In this document: one piece after another, positions 60,161 to 64,000 of the stretch
Layout of the letters: each line of letters starts with the position of its first letter
Position numbering within the stretch: position 1 is the stretch's first letter
Source of the DNA: Felis catus
Taxonomy: Eukaryota
Direction: 5' to 3'
Assembly (NCBI RefSeq): GCF_018350175.1
Contig: NC_058383.1
Location: forward strand, 28,584,001 to 28,648,000
DNA length: 64,000 bases
Program-made: the position numbers and the translations under genes
The notes under the pieces: generated by a model
What the model saw: only the letters and a program-made list of their open reading frames with translations
What the model was told of the DNA's origin: nothing
Databases searched by the model: none

Positions 60161-62535
60161 ACAAAAAGATGGGAGGCCCGAGTTTCAGTATCAGCCTTGT
60201 TGTCTAAGCCCAGGGAACGGGGAGCCCATTCTGTGCTGGGAGAGGAGGGAAGTCTTCTGTAGGCTGCAGGGGTCACAATAACCATGGTATCTCCTACACT
60301 TACCCCTCCCCACTGCCACTGGAGAGCCCTCTGCTGACAGGTTTCCAGCAATGTAGGACTTTGAGAAGACAAGGATGGAAAGTCACAAGGAGAAATAACA
60401 AATAAGGCCCATGGACCGATGGGGCAAGAAAACTGAGGACGATTTGAGGAGGTGGGAGGAGGAAATTGGGGCCTTGACAACAGTTACACTCTTGAGTCTG
60501 CCGATTCCATTTCTAAGATTTCATCTAAAGAGATCGTTAAGGGTACCATAAAAATTTAGCGATGATGATGCAGAACGTAGCCTTGTTCGCAATAGCAAAA
60601 CACTGGGCACAACCTCAGTGTCCACCAATAACAGCAGACTGCTTAAATTAGGGGACATATGCATAATGGAATTCATAACACAGGCATTAAGAATGCTGCT
60701 CAGGAGAGATGTGATTGATATCAGAGAATAAACCACATAAAAATGGTTAACCAATGTTAGGATCCAATTTTGCCAAGTACATAGGCATACCCTCCATTTG
60801 AAATGTGACAATGATCGTTCTGAAGGAAGTTTTATTTCTTTCATTTGCTTCTCTGTGTTTTAATTTTTTTTTTTTCACAATATGCACGTATTATCTGATA
60901 CCACCGTGGATGGAAAAGACGCTTTGGTCTATGGTGTCTGGATGACTTTTAAAGCTTTTTGGTTTGGGTTTGAAATTGCCACGGGTCACCGCTTTCCTCA
61001 GAGGCAAACCCGGCCAGCCTTGGGTCACTGCAGCCACAGCAGAAGCCCGTCCGTGCCCCTATCTCTCTGACCTCATTTCTGGGCACGGAGCGCCCATTCC
61101 GGGCTAGCAGCCTACCTGCTGCAGCCGAGGCTCCCGTCAAGTCTTCCCCAGGTCAGAAGACCTTTGTCTCAGACTCCTTCCTAAGCAGCCTCCAAGGCAG
61201 CCTTCCTGATGCTCCCGGGCTGGGTTAGGTGCTCTTCATTCACACTGCCCATGCCCCATGTCCTACTACAGACCGTCCCCCTGACAACCACCTGGGCACT
61301 TGCGTTTCTCCCCAAATAGACCGTGTACCCTTTAAGGGACTTCGCCTCTTCCCTCTGTGATTCTAGCACATCGCCTGTGCCTGACGCATCACAGTAAACC
61401 TCTGCTGAAGAAAAGGCAGGCAGGCGGGCACAGAGGAGCTCCCACAGTCCTGGAGCTTTTATTAAAACAAGGCCTCGAGACTGCAAGTGCAGGTGGACAA
61501 TTTTCAAATCCCGTGACAGAGACCTCATGAGGGCAACAGCATTTATCAAAGGCACTGAGTCACCCCCAGAGAAATCCAATTAAACATCCGTGTTTCAAGT
61601 GATTCTGCTCTGCATTCTGCTCTCAGTACAGTTTCTATTCTGAGCCCCCTCAGCGTTTGGGCCTTCCCGTGCCTTCCGTTCTCCGCCACCTGCTGAGTTC
61701 CTGGCCGTATCTGCTCTCCCAGACCTACCTTCCCCACTCCCACGGCCGTCGCTCATGCCGATGGAGTACTAGCAACAAGCCAGCCTTCACCTGAGCATTT
61801 ACCCCGGTCAGGAACTGGAGCTGGCACGATCTCGTTCATCTGTAGGGCAGGTATTATCATTCTTAACTTTGTAGAAGGCTCAGAGAGGTTAAGCAACTCG
61901 TCTAAGTTCACACGGCTGACGAAGGGTGAAGGCAGGGTTTGAAAGAAAGCAGTCTGGCTCCAGAGCCCTAACTATTGCCACTCTAAGAAGGTGGCTAGAG
62001 AGGTGACCCAGATACACCGGGTTGTCCGCTCTGCCCCAGGACCCCCATCTTTTGCCCCATCCTTGCAGTCAGGAGACTCTTCAAATGCTTTCAACAATGT
62101 GGACTTTCTTGGGGGGAGGACTTTAGCGCCATCTCATAATTTCCATTTGCCAGCAAAACCACCTTGACATGTAAATGTTTTTTGAGACGGGCAATAGAAA
62201 TTTCCCCCCAATCTTGTATAAAGTAGAAAACCATGTTTCTGTTACTCTGTCCCACCCAATGTCGGTAAAGGCTTGCTATGATAGATGCAACTTTCCAATA
62301 AATCCCCTGCTCCCTCCTTATGACCAGATTGCTGGCCCAAAGCCCCCTGTACAGGAATTCCAAAGCTCTCATTCCTTACTGAGCATCTAAGGACAGCAGG
62401 AAAAAAATCTTAGAAACAGTTTGCAAGCCCCAACCCAGGAAAGGCTCCCTCACCCCTCTCCCCACCCATCCCTGGTAGTCTGTGCATTAGACTGCACTTC
62501 ACAGTCTGGCTTAGCTCTAGTCCTACCAAAACACC

Positions 62536-63770
62536 AAGCGCTTGGGTGACTCAGTCCGTTAAGTGTGACTTCCGCTCAGGGCATGATCTCACGGTCCGTG
62601 AGTTTAAGCCCGGCCATCAGGCTCTGTGCTGACAGCTCATAGCCTGGAGCCTGCTTCGGATTCTGTCTCCCTTTCTCTCTGCCCCTCCTCCACTGGCTCT
62701 CTGTCTCTCTCTCTTTCAAAAATGAATAAACATTAAAAAAAACCAACCAACACCAAGGATCCTTCTGGACCATGAACTATCCACAATCACCATTCGAATT
62801 TCCTGTTAGACTCACTACACCAGCAGAGAAGGATCTGTTTTTGATGATAAGTATATTAACATTTAAATCAACCTTCTGTTTATTCCGCACCAGTGATTAA
62901 CGGCCTCCTTTGTAAGGAAGCAGAACCTTAGGGCTTGGCTGAACCACAAAGAAACAGCAAACGTCCTCTGCTGGATGTCCCAAAGGCAGGCAGAGTAGGG
63001 TTATAATTAGTGGTGCTGCTGGCGAGTATTTAATAGCTGGCTAGGAGCCGGGAGGACGTAGGAGCCTTGGTCTGTATCATTTGCCAATTTCCATGGTGTA
63101 AATAGTCCCGCCAGGGCAGATTTTGAGCTTCCAGCAGTTCAACAATGAACTGGCAAAGATTCCTGCAAGTTTACATCACTGGTTGGAATGAGCAGGTGGG
63201 CAAACTGGGGGAGTACCTCTTCACTATTCTTTAAATATTTATTCAACAACTATCTAGAAAGAGAAGCTGAGAACTGTGTAGGGAAAAGATTACCAGTGGT
63301 GATGATGATGGTGAGGGTGATGATGATGGTGATTTTAGCTATAATTTATTCAGAATTTACCACGTGCCAGGCATAAAGGACTCTGTACAGATTATCCCCA
63401 TGAATCCATATAGAGTTATAACAACGCTGAGAGGTGGCTACTTATGTAATCATAAGCATCATACTTAGGTGATCATCGCTCATAACTGAAGATCCTGTGG
63501 CTCAGAGAGGTTAAGTGGCTCAACCAAAATCACACAGGTATTTACATGGTGGAGCCAGGGGGCACCTGGGTGGCTCCGTCAGTTGAACGTCTGACCGGCT
63601 CAGGTCATGATCATGTGGTTTGTGAGTTCGAGCCCTGAGTCAGGCTCTGTGCTGACAGCTTGGAGCCTGGAGGTTGCTTCGGATTCTGTGTCTTCCTCTC
63701 TCTGCTCCTGCCCCACTCACAGGCACTCTCTCTCTCTCTCTCTCAAAAATAAATAAACATTAAAAAAAAT
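62536..63770 (+). mobile_element. Two Can-SINEs (62536-62742; 63558-63770), the second within a MIR relic
   Basis: Diagnostic sequence; ggctcagagaggttaagt MIR core at ~63500. Confidence 0.85.
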
Positions 63771-64000
63771 TTTTTTTTTAAATGTTGGAGCCAGGTGTTA
63801 ATCTGAGTGGTCTGACTCAGGTGCTCACATTAAGACAGAAAGGAGCCTCTCCTTTATTCCTCCAAGAATTTTAACTCTGACACCAGTTCAACATAACCCC
63901 CTTAAAGACAAAAAACCAAAATCCTGCAGATGGCAGGATCTACTTAGAAAGTTGCCTAGAGGCCATCTATTGTTATTCACACCAGGGCCCTTGGAATGTG

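Overview
Eukaryotic (mammalian) DNA, almost certainly from a felid, judged from about 34 tRNA-derived Can-SINE (SINEC_Fc-type) copies and a carnivore-type LINE-1. It holds the convergent 3' ends of two known genes syntenic with human 16p13.11. On the + strand are the last 11 coding exons of MARF1 (KIAA0430/limkain-b1: LOTUS-domain array and disordered C-terminus; stop at 17446-17448; ~2.4 kb 3'UTR to a polyA signal at 19839). On the - strand are the last four exons of BMERB1 (C16orf45/MINP; 41555 to the stop at 30533, ending in CaaX-type CNIM; polyA signal at 29403-29408); its upstream exons lie beyond the window. The rest is intronic or intergenic: a near-full-length decayed L1 (43155-49876, -), solo LTRs, MLT/MER DNA elements, MIR/L2 relics and a 21-bp minisatellite. 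I found no convincing novel multi-gene system. The best leads are: an antisense promoter-like module with an ORF0-like reading frame and splice donor in the L1 5'UTR; a 25-nt L1 fragment captured inside a SINE; a template-switch palindrome; an exonic miR-6506-like hairpin in MARF1; candidate poison and SINE exons in BMERB1; and the exon-duplication architecture of the MARF1 LOTUS array. Most ORFs in the supplied track are spurious. Repeat family names and repeat boundaries are from visual recognition and are approximate.
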